This document shows positions 31,360 through 42,268 of a stretch of 64,000 nt of DNA, piece by piece (positions within the stretch are counted from its first letter, which is position 1; each line of letters opens with the position of its first letter). The notes under the pieces are model-generated. The model made no database searches. It saw nothing but the letters and a program-made list of their open reading frames with translations, and was not told the DNA's origin. Location: NCBI GenBank assembly GCA_963706595.1, contig OY970166.1:5376001-5440000 (forward strand). The letters run 5' to 3'. The position numbers and the translations under genes were made by a program. The stretch comes from an uncultured cyanobacterium. GTDB lineage: Bacteria; Cyanobacteriota; Cyanobacteriia; Cyanobacteriales; Nostocaceae.

Positions 31360-32688
31360 ATGCAAGAAGGACGCTTTATTTGGAGCCATCTAGAAAAACA
31401 ACATCGCCCAGTGAATAAATGGATTGATTGGCTATGGCTAATGGTATTATTGTTCGCCGCAGTCTTACTATTTAGTATCAATCTGGGGGAATTACCACTG
31501 CGAGATGGCGATGAAAGTACTGTGGCGCAGGTGGCTAGGGAAATTTGGAGCGCTCCAGCAGGTTCCATGCGATGGCTTTACCCAACCCTCGGAGGTGAAC
31601 CATATCATAACAAACCACCTTTGATACATTTGCTGATTGCTGGGGCTTATTCTTTAGGAGGCGTGAATGAATGGACTACCCGATTACCTAGCTCAATCTT
31701 GACAGCATTATCTGTACCATTACTGTATTGTCTGGGTCGAGAGATATTTCGTCAACCTTGGGCTGCTATTTATAGCGCCTTGATTTATCTGACAATGCTG
31801 CCGGTAGTACGTCATGGCAGATTGGCGATTTTAGATGGCGCAGTGGTCAGCTTTTTTATGGTGATGATGCTGTACGTGTTGCGATCGCGCCGGGACTTAC
31901 GTTACTGTCTTGGCATTGGCATCGGACTAGGATTGATTTGTTTAACTCAGGGGCTATTAGGTATATTACTCGGTGCGATCGCCATGATCTTTTTATTTTG
32001 GGATACACCTAGATTGCTCACCAGTCACTATTTCTGGATCGGCATCTTCATTGGTATTTTACCTGTGGCTGCTTGGTATAGCGCCCAATTCCTACACTAC
32101 GGTTACAGTTTTGCACAAGTTGGTCTTGTCAATCAATCCCTCAGCCCCATTGGTACAGCCATTGAGCGAAATTTCGCCCCGCCCTGGTACTATGTGATCG
32201 AAATCCTCAACTGGACATGGCCTTGGTTGATTTTTTTACCCCAAACCGTCAGGTTAATTTGGGAAAATCTTAACCTTAGTTGGGCAAAACTGTTATTGGT
32301 ATGGAGTTTAGTCTATCTACTGCTCATTTCATTGATAAGTATAAAACTACCTTGGTACATATTCCCTATTTACCCTAGTTTAGCCTTAGCTTTTGGCGCT
32401 CAGTTAGCAGAAATAGAAAACCTCCCTTTAACATCATCCTATCCGCGTACTTGGGTGGCTGGTCTGTCAATACTGGCTGTAGTCGCTTCTGCTGGTAGCA
32501 TTTACTTCAGTAGCGGCACAGGACAAAAAACCGACTTGCAGCTAATTTTTGCCACTGTAGCTTTGACTATGAGTTTAGCCGCTATTTTAGCAGAACGAGG
32601 TAATGGGCAATTCCTGAAGATTTTAGTTTGGGGAAGTTATATTTCTTTATTGCTATTAATGAAATCAAACTACTGGGTATGGGAATAA
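31360..32688 (+). CDS. ArnT/PMT family (GT-C) glycosyltransferase
   Basis: PLRDGDE, KPPL, RLPS, multiple TMs, KLPWYIFPIYP. Confidence 0.88.
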   Translation: MQEGRFIWSHLEKQHRPVNKWIDWLWLMVLLFAAVLLFSINLGELPLRDGDESTVAQVAREIWSAPAGSMRWLYPTLGGEPYHNKPPLIHLLIAGAYSLGGVNEWTTRLPSSILTALSVPLLYCLGREIFRQPWAAIYSALIYLTMLPVVRHGRLAILDGAVVSFFMVMMLYVLRSRRDLRYCLGIGIGLGLICLTQGLLGILLGAIAMIFLFWDTPRLLTSHYFWIGIFIGILPVAAWYSAQFLHYGYSFAQVGLVNQSLSPIGTAIERNFAPPWYYVIEILNWTWPWLIFLPQTVRLIWENLNLSWAKLLLVWSLVYLLLISLISIKLPWYIFPIYPSLALAFGAQLAEIENLPLTSSYPRTWVAGLSILAVVASAGSIYFSSGTGQKTDLQLIFATVALTMSLAAILAERGNGQFLKILVWGSYISLLLLMKSNYWVWE

Positions 32689-32837
32689 TCCCACCCTAAT
32701 TCCGTCAAGTCGCTTCGTTCCAATTGAAAATTATTAATTCAAAAAAGGTCATTGGGAAGTTACCGTCTTCTCCCCCCTGCACCCTGCACCCTTCACCCTG
32801 CCTCTTCCTCCCCACTCCCCACAAAATTTAGCATTGT

Positions 32838-33209
32838 TTATTCCCCTTCTTGAATTTTCTCCGTGGTAGGAAATTGCTGATCGTAATTTGTATTTTGCTG
32901 CGTCACCGTGATCATGCTCAAGAAAATAGCCAGTCCCACAGCCAAACTCAATACAGGACGCTTGATCAGAATAAAATCTCGGATAATTCTCGCGAAAGGA
33001 CTACTTTGACGACGTAGCGCCGAACAAAGCATAATTTGTTTGAGCATAAACGGATCGCGGACATAATGGCCACTGCTACAAACTACTAGCCTTTGCTGAC
33101 AATAAGGACAGCGAAACAAGCCAGTGTGTGACTCGGCTAGTCTTTGCTTGGCATTTCTTTGACAAATTGGGCAAGCAACATAATCATTATCAAAGGTGTG
33201 TATATTCAT
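32838..33209 (-). CDS. Hypothetical zinc-ribbon protein with C-terminal TM
   Basis: CPIC...CPYC...SGHYVRDPF; hydrophobic segment near the C-terminus. Confidence 0.75.
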   Translation of the reverse strand: MNIHTFDNDYVACPICQRNAKQRLAESHTGLFRCPYCQQRLVVCSSGHYVRDPFMLKQIMLCSALRRQSSPFARIIRDFILIKRPVLSLAVGLAIFLSMITVTQQNTNYDQQFPTTEKIQEGE

Positions 33210-33762
33210 CTACCTCGTCCGCTTAGTCTATTTACGCGCTCTGTAACAATACTTATATTGCATTTTGAAAAAATACTTAGTAGATTTCACAGTGTGATTT
33301 GACATCAGCCACGAATCAATCTGTGGAATTGTATTTCTACGAAGCATGGATCAATGGTCGCAACACGAGTATAGCTAGATTTAGGTGAGGATGGCTGTTG
33401 TTTACTCGCACCCAACTAGCGATCGTTGATCGTGCCAATTTTAGATTTGGGATTTGGGATTTGGGATTGTTTTTTTTGGTTCGGGCCCCTCGGCTATACC
33501 TGTTCATCAATCTAAAATCCCCAAGACTTATCCACAAGGGAATACAGTCAATCTCAAAACCCAAATTGTTTGACCATTGATAATTAATTCTCTCTCATTT
33601 AACCATTCTCATGATAAAAATTTTAACAAGCCGAATGTTTTTTAATAAAGCTGTGTAAATTCATCCCATCAGACTTATTTTGTCTGCTTGATAAAGAATA
33701 GCTGACAATGAGAAGTAGCAGCTCAAAATTTAAGTTTTTTCTGACATTTACCCCACATTTCC

Positions 33763-35652
33763 ATGACTCTCTTGCCTAAGAGCGAACTGAGGAAGGTAAC
33801 GGAACAGCCTATATTTCCTATACCTTCTACTCGTTTAACACAACTGATCAACCGTTTTCAACTATCCCCAGAAACCGTTGTACTATTTTTAGCCCTACTC
33901 ATTGGCGGTGGTACTGGTATGGGCGTAGTGACATTTCACTATTTAATCGAGCTGATTCATGATCTGATGCGATCAAAATTCATCGGTGCAATTAGTGTCT
34001 GGGGTAACTGGACTTTTGCCTGTGTTCCCATCTTGGGTGGGTTAATCGTGGGATTGATGCGTTGGTATGCTCAAGACTTTGGACCTGGACTGTCATCGAT
34101 GATTGCTGCTTCCCAGGGAACAGAACTCAAACAACAATTACGCCCAGTCACAAAAATGTTAGCTGCATCTGTTTCCTTGGGAAGTGGTGCTTCTTTGGGG
34201 ACTGAAGGGCCAAGTGTAGAAATTGGGGCAAATTTTGGGATGCTGTTGTCTGCAATTCTCAAAGTGTCTCAAGAGCGACAACGGTTACTTTTAGGTGCTG
34301 GTGCGGCGGCTGGATTAGCGGCTGGATTTAATGCGCCCATCGCGGGAGTATTTTTTGCTCTAGAAGTAGTGATGGGAACAACCTCTTTTGCCACTTCGGC
34401 TGTGAGTGTGGTACTTCTAGCCGCAGTAGTAGCAGCATTAATTGCTCAAATTGGCTTGGGCGCACAACCTGCTTTTGATTTACCTGTTTACCAAGTCCGC
34501 AGTCTTTTGGAATTACCGCTTTATCTGGGGTTAGGTTTAGGAGCAAGTTTAGTTTCTCTGACTTATACAGGCACAATTCGGTTAGCAAAAGCTGGTTTTG
34601 CTGGGTCAATTCCTGGTTTTGGCTGGTTAGGACGCATCCCTAAACCCATTCATCCCTTAATTGGTGGTGTAATTCTCGGCACAGTCACTTTACAATTTCC
34701 CCAAGTTTTAGGCATTGGTTACGAAACTGTGGAAGCCATGCTTCAGGATGTAGAGTTTTCTCTGCAATTATTGATTCTATTATTAGTGCTGAAATTATTG
34801 ATGACGGCCATTAGTACGAGTAGTGGCTTTGTGGGTGGTTTATTTGCACCAGCAATGTTTCTGGGTGCTTCTTTTGGTTCTGCTTATGCTAAAACCGTCA
34901 CCGTTCTCTTTCCGGCAGTTGGTGAGGTGATGGCGGCTCCTCCAGCCTATGCAATGGTGGGGATGGCAGCAGTTTTAGCTGCCAGTGTCAGAGCGCCATT
35001 AACTGCTATTTTGATGTTATTTGAATTAACCCGTGATTACCGGATTGTTTTACCTTTAATGGCAGCAGTCAGTTTAAGTGTGTGGGTGATAGAACGGATG
35101 AAGCCAAATTTTGATTCTAATTCTAATTTGCAACAAATTGGTCTTTCTGAGTTGAAAGATGAACAAGCAGAAATTGTACAGCAAATTTTGGTAGAAGATG
35201 CTATGGTAATTTCACCTAAAAAATTGCCTGCAACCTTGGGAGTTTTAGAAGCAGCTCTGGAAATGATCCGCGATCGCTGTCGTAGTGCTTTAGTAATTGA
35301 TCAAGCAGAGCAATTAGTGGGTATCCTATCTCTAGAAGACATTAATCGTGTTCTGCGTCTACCGCCAAATCACGCCCATTCTGCCAGTGAAATATCGAGT
35401 CATTTAGCTAATCAAACTCTGATTGATATTTGTACCACTGAAATTATCTATGCTTGGCGAGATGAACTCTTGTCTGAAGCTTTAGATCGGATGACCCTTC
35501 GAGGTTTGCACCAATTACCTGTGGTAACACGAGATAATTCTGAGTACATTTTAGGCTTGCTAGAACGCGACCAAGTTACACTAATATGCAGCTTGACAGT
35601 AACGCACAAAGCACTTGAGCAATATTTATCAGCAACAGTCATTGCTAATTAG
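33763..35652 (+). CDS. ClC chloride channel/antiporter with CBS domains
   Basis: SLGTEGP, GFNAPIAG, GGLFAP, RAPLTA; C-terminal CBS pair. Confidence 0.94.
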   Translation: MTLLPKSELRKVTEQPIFPIPSTRLTQLINRFQLSPETVVLFLALLIGGGTGMGVVTFHYLIELIHDLMRSKFIGAISVWGNWTFACVPILGGLIVGLMRWYAQDFGPGLSSMIAASQGTELKQQLRPVTKMLAASVSLGSGASLGTEGPSVEIGANFGMLLSAILKVSQERQRLLLGAGAAAGLAAGFNAPIAGVFFALEVVMGTTSFATSAVSVVLLAAVVAALIAQIGLGAQPAFDLPVYQVRSLLELPLYLGLGLGASLVSLTYTGTIRLAKAGFAGSIPGFGWLGRIPKPIHPLIGGVILGTVTLQFPQVLGIGYETVEAMLQDVEFSLQLLILLLVLKLLMTAISTSSGFVGGLFAPAMFLGASFGSAYAKTVTVLFPAVGEVMAAPPAYAMVGMAAVLAASVRAPLTAILMLFELTRDYRIVLPLMAAVSLSVWVIERMKPNFDSNSNLQQIGLSELKDEQAEIVQQILVEDAMVISPKKLPATLGVLEAALEMIRDRCRSALVIDQAEQLVGILSLEDINRVLRLPPNHAHSASEISSHLANQTLIDICTTEIIYAWRDELLSEALDRMTLRGLHQLPVVTRDNSEYILGLLERDQVTLICSLTVTHKALEQYLSATVIAN

Positions 35653-35710
35653 CTAATGGTCAGTGGCCAGTGGAAAAATTAACAACTGACAACTGACAAC
35701 TAACAATTTA

Positions 35711-36124
35711 TTAAGCTGTAGCCTCTATGGCTTCCACGCCTTCCTTCTCATCTGCGTCTACCTGTCTCAGACGAATATGTTTTTTGCCCAAGGTAATGAG
35801 AAACTCATCTCCTGGTTCAAGATTCATCTGTTTTGTATAAGCTGAACCTATGAGTAAATTACCGTTTGATTGCACGCTAATTCTATAGCTAGCACTGCGC
35901 CCGCCGCGTCCGTTGGCACTGGGTGAACTGTCTAACTGAATGCCTTCAGCATCAATGAGGGCATTCAAAAATTTCATCATATTCACACGCTCTATACCAT
36001 TTTTGGTAATGGTATAGTAGCCGCACTGCTTGGCTTTATCTTCTTTGCTAAGGCTTTCTAGCTCTTTAACTTTTTTGAGCAGTTCATCACCCAGTAGGGG
36101 TTCTATTTTTTTCAGTTTAGGCAT
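35711..36124 (-). CDS. Cyanobacterial AbrB-like transcription regulator (CalB/cyAbrB2-like)
   Basis: AKQCGYY, GRSASYRISVQSNGNLLIGSAYT, PGDEF.I.LG.KHI. Confidence 0.93.
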   Translation of the reverse strand: MPKLKKIEPLLGDELLKKVKELESLSKEDKAKQCGYYTITKNGIERVNMMKFLNALIDAEGIQLDSSPSANGRGGRSASYRISVQSNGNLLIGSAYTKQMNLEPGDEFLITLGKKHIRLRQVDADEKEGVEAIEATA

Positions 36125-36517
36125 CAACTTAGATGAGAAATGAATGGTTGAAGTAGTTAAATCGATTTTATTTTAGCCGACATTGAACTCTTAAGAACAG
36201 AATCTTTTAGTTTTTATCTCAGCTTTGCCAAGTATATTACACTCTGATCTGAAATTGTTACACAATTATCAATATTGTCAAGACAATCTATTTTCTATAA
36301 TCTGCATAACTATATTTAGTTTGTGATCACTGCTAGACTATATTTGTTTAGGTTTCCTAAAGCCACCCTCAAAACTTGTATAGCTGGTAAGCTTGGTAAT
36401 GAGAACACAAGAGGAGCAGCAAAACTAATCCTTTAATCATTACCGTTAGTAATTATTGACTGGTCAGTGGTCAAAATAAAACAACTGACAACTGATAAAT
36501 AAACCAAACTTGCCAGG

Positions 36518-36961
36518 ATGAAACTAACTACCAGAGGACATTACAGTGTCAAGGCATTGCTAGATTTAAGTTTACAGCCAAGTTATGGACCGGCATCAGT
36601 CAGAGCGATCGCACTTCGCCAAAATATCCCCGCCCCTTACCTGGAAAAGTTGCTCATAGAAATGCGTCGGGCTGGATTAGTCAAATCAATTCGGGGTAGC
36701 ATTGGCGGATACCAACTAGCATTAAAGCCTGTACAGATTTCTATAGGTCAAATTTTAGAAGCCGTTGGCGAAACTATTACTCGTTTACCCCATCACACCC
36801 CAACGCCAGCGCAAACCGAAGATTGGGTAACATACACTCTCTGGCAAAGACTCAACCAAAAGCTCAAAGAAGCTTTATACAGTATTACTCTGGCTGATCT
36901 CTATTACGATGCTCGGAGTTGGCAAGCTTCCCTGGGCGAAGAAGCGAGTTTTGTTGTTTAG
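36518..36961 (+). CDS. Rrf2 family transcription regulator (cysteine-less)
   Basis: MKLTTRGHYSV, PYLEKLL, S.RG..GGYQL; no Cys. Confidence 0.93.
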   Translation: MKLTTRGHYSVKALLDLSLQPSYGPASVRAIALRQNIPAPYLEKLLIEMRRAGLVKSIRGSIGGYQLALKPVQISIGQILEAVGETITRLPHHTPTPAQTEDWVTYTLWQRLNQKLKEALYSITLADLYYDARSWQASLGEEASFVV

Positions 36962-37035
36962 TCATTAGTCATTAGTCATTAGTCATTGGTTATTAGTCAT
37001 TAGTCATTGGTTATTCGCTTTCATATACAAGACAA

Positions 37036-38005
37036 ATGACATCATCTGTGGTTTTAATCATTGCGGCACTATTAGATTATTTCATTGGTGATCCTTGGGG
37101 TTGGCCTCATCCGGTGCAAGTTATGGGGTGGGTAATTTCTCGCCTGACTAAATTTTTTATTCAAGTTTGTCAGAGTTCTCTCACACAACGGATAGCGGGA
37201 ATTTTTTTAGCCATCACCTTAATCATTGGTAGCGGCTGTGTAGGTTGGTTAATAATTCAAACTGCTCAAGGGCTGCATCCATTGTGGGGAATCGTCTTAG
37301 AAAGCATTCTTCTGGCTAGTTGTTTTGCTTTAAAAAGTCTGCGAACAGCTGCTGAAGCTGTGCTAAAACCATTAACAGCCGGAGATTTGGCATCAGCTCG
37401 GAATACTTTAAGTAATTATGTCGGTCGAGATACACAAACACTCTCCGAAGCAGAAATTTTGCGCGCAGTGTTAGAAACCGTCACCGAAAATGCGACTGAT
37501 GGCGTGATGGCTCCACTTTTTTATGCGATTGTGGGTGCTTGTGTGCCGGGTGTGGGTTTAATTCCTCTGGCTTTAGCATACAAAGCTAGTAGTACCTCTT
37601 GATTCAATGGTGGGTTATCGGCAAGCGCCCTATACTTATTTAGGGTGGTTTAGTGCCAGATTTGAAGACTATTTAACTTGGCTACCTTGTCGCTTAACGG
37701 TGATTACCTTGGCACTGTTATCGCGTCAACCCCTCTATGTTTGGCGAATGTGTTGCCGAGATGCAGTCAAAGATCCCAGTCCCAACTCAGGCTGGAGTGA
37801 GTGTGCTTATGCTGCTATTTTGGGTGTGCAAATGGGAGGCACAAATTGGTATGGCGGAGTAGCTAAACCAAAACCACTGCTAGGAGATGCTATTCATCCT
37901 ATTACCCCAACTTCCATTGAAACTGCTTTATTATTGACTCGATCTGCTTTTTTATTGTGGTTAGCGATCGCGATCGCATTATTATTCATACTCACGAACA
38001 GGTAA
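37036..38005 (+). CDS. cbiB: Adenosylcobinamide-phosphate synthase (apparent +1 frameshift near 37598)
   Basis: GDPWGWPHPV, VGRDT, ENATDGVMAPLFY, YKASST/LDSMVGY split by one extra base, SPNSG. Confidence 0.93.
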
Positions 38006-38103
38006 TTTTAAATATATAGCATTGAACATGGGGACATTTTTGCTCTCCATTCCCTTGTACAGAATCGATTCATAGCCTCTCTACTCATTCCCCCATCTAA
38101 ACT

Positions 38104-38667
38104 ATGTCTGCCAAAGTAGTTGAAATTCTTTCCTCAGAAGACCTCCGTCGGACCTTAACTCGTCTAGCCTCTCAAATCGTGGAAAAGTCCCGTGATTTAT
38201 CTCAACTGGTACTCATCGGTATTTATACTAGAGGGGTGCTATTAGCCGAATTATTGGCACGTCAGATTGAGACACTCGAAGGTGTCAACGTGGCAGTGGG
38301 AGCATTAGATATTACATTCTATCGAGATGATCTTGACAAAATTGGCTTAAGGACTCCAGCGAAAACCAACATCCCCTTTGACCTCACAGGGAAGACAGTT
38401 GTGCTGGTAGATGATGTCATTTTCAAAGGTCGGACGATTCGCGCGGCGTTAAATGCTGTTACTGAGTATGGTAGACCAGAAGTAATTCGTTTAGCCGTTT
38501 TAGTAGACAGGGGTCATCGAGAAGTCCCAATTCACCCAGATTTCATTGGTAAGCAACTACCTACAGCTAAAGAAGAAATAGTCAAAGTTTACTTACAAGA
38601 TTGGGATGACAGAGATGCAGTCGAGTTGATGGCGGCAAATAACCTTCTTTTCGATGCTCATGAATAA
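38104..38667 (+). CDS. pyrR: PyrR regulator / uracil phosphoribosyltransferase
   Basis: [37 protein letters not shown]. Confidence 0.96.
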   Translation: MSAKVVEILSSEDLRRTLTRLASQIVEKSRDLSQLVLIGIYTRGVLLAELLARQIETLEGVNVAVGALDITFYRDDLDKIGLRTPAKTNIPFDLTGKTVVLVDDVIFKGRTIRAALNAVTEYGRPEVIRLAVLVDRGHREVPIHPDFIGKQLPTAKEEIVKVYLQDWDDRDAVELMAANNLLFDAHE

Positions 38668-41656
38668 GAAAGATTCTGCCCTGATTTTAGTTGTAGATGA
38701 TGATGATTTTACCCGTAGGCATCTGTGCTATCTAATCAAACAAGCTGGGTATCAGTTCGCAGAAGCGAGTAACGGTTTAGATGCACTTGCTACCTGTACT
38801 CATCTACGCCCAGATATAGTTTTGCTGGATGCCGTGATGCCAGTTATGGATGGGTTTGACTGCTGCGCTCAATTGCAAACACTTCCAGATGCTGAAAACA
38901 CATTTGTGTTAATCATGACTGCTCTGGATGATCAAGCATCTGTAGAGCAAGCTTTTGCTGTCGGTGCAACTGATTTTGTCACTAAGCCCATTCAATGGAC
39001 GGTCTTATCTCAAAGATTACGCCGTCTTTTGGCAGCTAATTATGCCATACAGGAATTACGACGGCAAACTCAGGCAGCACAATTGCGCGAGACCCAAATG
39101 GGGATGGCTTTGGAGGCAGCCCAGATGGGTATTTGGAACTGGGACATCTTGACCAACCAAATTACTTGGTCTGATACCCTCGAAGTTATCTATGGCATGG
39201 AAAAAGGCACTTTTAATGGTACGTATGAAGCTTTCATTAATTGCATTCATCCTCTAGATCAGGATTTTGTTAGGTACGCGGATCAGCGAGCGATTCGGGA
39301 AGGGGTAGACTATGACATTGAATTTCGTGTGGTTTTACCCGATGGCAATATTCGCTGGTTAGCCAGCAAAGGAGCAGCTGTTCATGATGCTTCTGGTTTA
39401 GCTGTGCGGATGACTGGGGTAGAGGTCGATATTAGCAAACGCAAGGAAGCAGAATCAGCACTGGAGATTCGTGCTAATCAACAAGCTGTGATCGCCGAAC
39501 TCAGTCAAAGGGCTTTAGCTGGGAAAGATTTGACTACACTGATGAACTCCTGTGTGGTGCTTGTTGCCCAACACCTCAAGGTTGAATATTCCAAGATTTT
39601 GGAACTGTTACCAGATGGTGACGCATTACTACTGCGGGCGGGAGTTGGTTGGCAATCTGGGCTGGTGGGACAAGCCAGTGTCAGCACTGATACAAATTCC
39701 CAAGCTGGTTATACTTTGCTTTCTCAGTCATCAGTGATTGTGACTAATCTTCAGCAAGAAACGCGATTTAATGGTCCAGCGCTGTTACATGACCATCAAG
39801 TGGTGAGTGGTCTGAGTGTGGTAATTCATGGACAAGAATCTCCTTTTGGGGTATTAGGCGTACATACAACCAGAAATCGGACTTTTACCAAAGATGATGT
39901 TTATTTTCTCCAAGCTGTGGCCAATGTTTTAGCAACAGCCATTGAGCATCAACGATTTGAGGATGCACTGAAAACGAGTGAAGAGCGTTGGGAGTTAGCT
40001 GTACGCAGTACCAATGATGGTATTTGGGACTGGAACCTGATAACTAATGAAGTATTTTTTTCCCGGCGCTGGAAGGAAATGCTTGGTTACGAAGACCAGG
40101 AAATTTCCTCTGATGTCCATGAATGGTGTTCCCGCATACATCCAGAAGATTTCGATGCGGTGCAACAAGCAATTGCTGACCACAACGCCAAGAAAACCCC
40201 ATTTTTGATTATTGAGCATCAAGTCCGGTGTCAGGATGGCTCTTACAAGTGGATTTTGGCTCGTGGTCAGGCTGTGTGGGATGAAGATGGTTATGTAGTG
40301 CGGATGATTGGCGGGATTATGGACATTAGCAAACGCCGCGCTGCATTGTCCGAACTTCAACAGGTACAAGCACAATTACAACGCCAAAACTTGCGATGCC
40401 ATGCGGCGGCTTCCGCATCGCAATTATTCGCCAATATCACTCTGAAAATTCGCCAGTCTTTACAAATCGATCAAATTCTGCAAACTAGCGTTACAGAGGT
40501 CCAAAAGCTATTACACGCCGACCGGGTATTAATTTTACGGGTACGCAGCAATGGTGCATACATGGTGCTGAAAGAAGCAGTAGTACCCGAATTCCCTGCT
40601 GTTTTAGGACAGCTGATTGGCGACCTTTCATTAGGAGAAGGTTATATCAATCAATATCGCCAGGGGCGGATTAGTGCAATTACTGACATAGAACAAGCTA
40701 CACTCCCACCTTGCTATGTCAAATGGCTGCAAAAATTTAGAGTCAAAGCTAATCTCATTGTTCCTGTGTTCCGCGAACATCAACTTTGGGGGCTGCTAAT
40801 TGCTCATCAATGCGATCTTCCTCGTGAATGGACACAATGGGAAATAGAACTGTTGCGACAACTTGCAGATCAAATAGGTATTGCCCTAGATCAAAGTTTA
40901 ATCCTCGAAAAAGAAACTCGTCAAAGCCAAGAACTCACCCGTTCTAATCAAGAATTACAACAATTTGCCTTTATTGCTTCCCATGATTTACAAGAGCCAC
41001 TCCGGAAAATTATCAGCTTTGGCGATCGCCTCAAAACCACTTGTGAGCATGACTTAAGCCCACAAGGACGCGATTATCTAGAACGAATGCAGAATGCAGC
41101 CTTTCGGATGCAGACTTTGATTCAAGACCTCTTGACACTTTCGCGAGTCACCACTAGGGCGCAGCCTTTTGTATTAGTGAATTTGACACAAATAGTTAAT
41201 GAGGTGTTGTCTGATTTAGAAGTTAGTATTCAGCAAACCAATGGACGTGTAGAGGTAGGTGATTTACCCACGATTAAAGCCGATCCTCTACAGATGCGCC
41301 AATTACTGCAAAACCTCATCGGTAACGCCCTGAAATTTCACCGTCCCCAAACACCGCCTGTGGTCAAAGTTTATAGTCAAATTTTGCCTAGTCAATCAGA
41401 TCAAGTTTCTGTAGTTTCCGAAACTTGTCAAATTACCGTTGAAGATAATGGGATTGGTGTTGCACAAAAGTATGTTGACCGCATTTTCAAAGTTTTTCAA
41501 CGTTTGCATGGTCGTCAGGAATATCAGGGTACTGGTGTGGGTTTAGCCATCTGCCGCAAAATTGCCGAACGACATCAGGGAATGATCACAGTAGAAAGTC
41601 AACCAGGACAAGGAGCAAAATTTATGATCACCTTGCCAATTAATTGTAACTTTTAG
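38660..41656 (+). CDS. Hybrid sensor kinase REC-PAS-GAF-PAS-GAF(CBCR-like)-HisKA-HATPase
   Basis: REC (LLDAVMP), two [36 protein letters not shown]. Confidence 0.93.
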   Translation: MNKKDSALILVVDDDDFTRRHLCYLIKQAGYQFAEASNGLDALATCTHLRPDIVLLDAVMPVMDGFDCCAQLQTLPDAENTFVLIMTALDDQASVEQAFAVGATDFVTKPIQWTVLSQRLRRLLAANYAIQELRRQTQAAQLRETQMGMALEAAQMGIWNWDILTNQITWSDTLEVIYGMEKGTFNGTYEAFINCIHPLDQDFVRYADQRAIREGVDYDIEFRVVLPDGNIRWLASKGAAVHDASGLAVRMTGVEVDISKRKEAESALEIRANQQAVIAELSQRALAGKDLTTLMNSCVVLVAQHLKVEYSKILELLPDGDALLLRAGVGWQSGLVGQASVSTDTNSQAGYTLLSQSSVIVTNLQQETRFNGPALLHDHQVVSGLSVVIHGQESPFGVLGVHTTRNRTFTKDDVYFLQAVANVLATAIEHQRFEDALKTSEERWELAVRSTNDGIWDWNLITNEVFFSRRWKEMLGYEDQEISSDVHEWCSRIHPEDFDAVQQAIADHNAKKTPFLIIEHQVRCQDGSYKWILARGQAVWDEDGYVVRMIGGIMDISKRRAALSELQQVQAQLQRQNLRCHAAASASQLFANITLKIRQSLQIDQILQTSVTEVQKLLHADRVLILRVRSNGAYMVLKEAVVPEFPAVLGQLIGDLSLGEGYINQYRQGRISAITDIEQATLPPCYVKWLQKFRVKANLIVPVFREHQLWGLLIAHQCDLPREWTQWEIELLRQLADQIGIALDQSLILEKETRQSQELTRSNQELQQFAFIASHDLQEPLRKIISFGDRLKTTCEHDLSPQGRDYLERMQNAAFRMQTLIQDLLTLSRVTTRAQPFVLVNLTQIVNEVLSDLEVSIQQTNGRVEVGDLPTIKADPLQMRQLLQNLIGNALKFHRPQTPPVVKVYSQILPSQSDQVSVVSETCQITVEDNGIGVAQKYVDRIFKVFQRLHGRQEYQGTGVGLAICRKIAERHQGMITVESQPGQGAKFMITLPINCNF

Positions 41657-41797
41657 TTATTCTTCCTAGAGAGGGATTTCTCAAATACTGCAAAATGCCA
41701 TCCTCTAACTTAATAGATATATCTCGGAAAATGTAGCCATTTAATATTTATTTATACCTGATAACGAGTGTGACTAGTTTATAGGAGATAATTCAGG

Positions 41798-42268
41798 GTG
41801 AAGGGTAGCCAAACAACCGTCACAATTTTAATGGCGGATGATGATGAAGATGACCACATATTAGTTCGTGATGCATTGGCAGAAAGTCAACTGCCAATTG
41901 ACCTGCATATTGTCAGCAATGGTGAAGAGTTGCTGAATTATTTGTATAATCGTGGTTTATATAGTGACAAAAGTCAAGCGCCACGTCCAGGCTTAATTTT
42001 ATTAGACTTAAATATGCCTAAAAAAAATGGTCTTGAAGTCCTCAAAGATATTAAAACCGACCCCATCCTCCGGCGTATTCCCGTGATCGTGTTGTCAACT
42101 TCAAATGATCAACAGGACATATACCAGACTTACGATTTAGGTGCAAATTCTTTCATCACCAAGCCAGTGACATTTGCCGCCTTAGTTGAAATCATGAAAA
42201 ATATAGGAAAATATTGGTTTGAAATAGTGCAACTACCACTAGAAAACGTGCGAGGAATCGATGAATGA
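41798..42268 (+). CDS. Single-domain response regulator (Rcp1-like)
   Basis: ILLDLNMPKKNG, IPVIVLSTS, YDLGANSFITKP, KYWFEIVQLP. Confidence 0.93.
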   Translation: MKGSQTTVTILMADDDEDDHILVRDALAESQLPIDLHIVSNGEELLNYLYNRGLYSDKSQAPRPGLILLDLNMPKKNGLEVLKDIKTDPILRRIPVIVLSTSNDQQDIYQTYDLGANSFITKPVTFAALVEIMKNIGKYWFEIVQLPLENVRGIDE

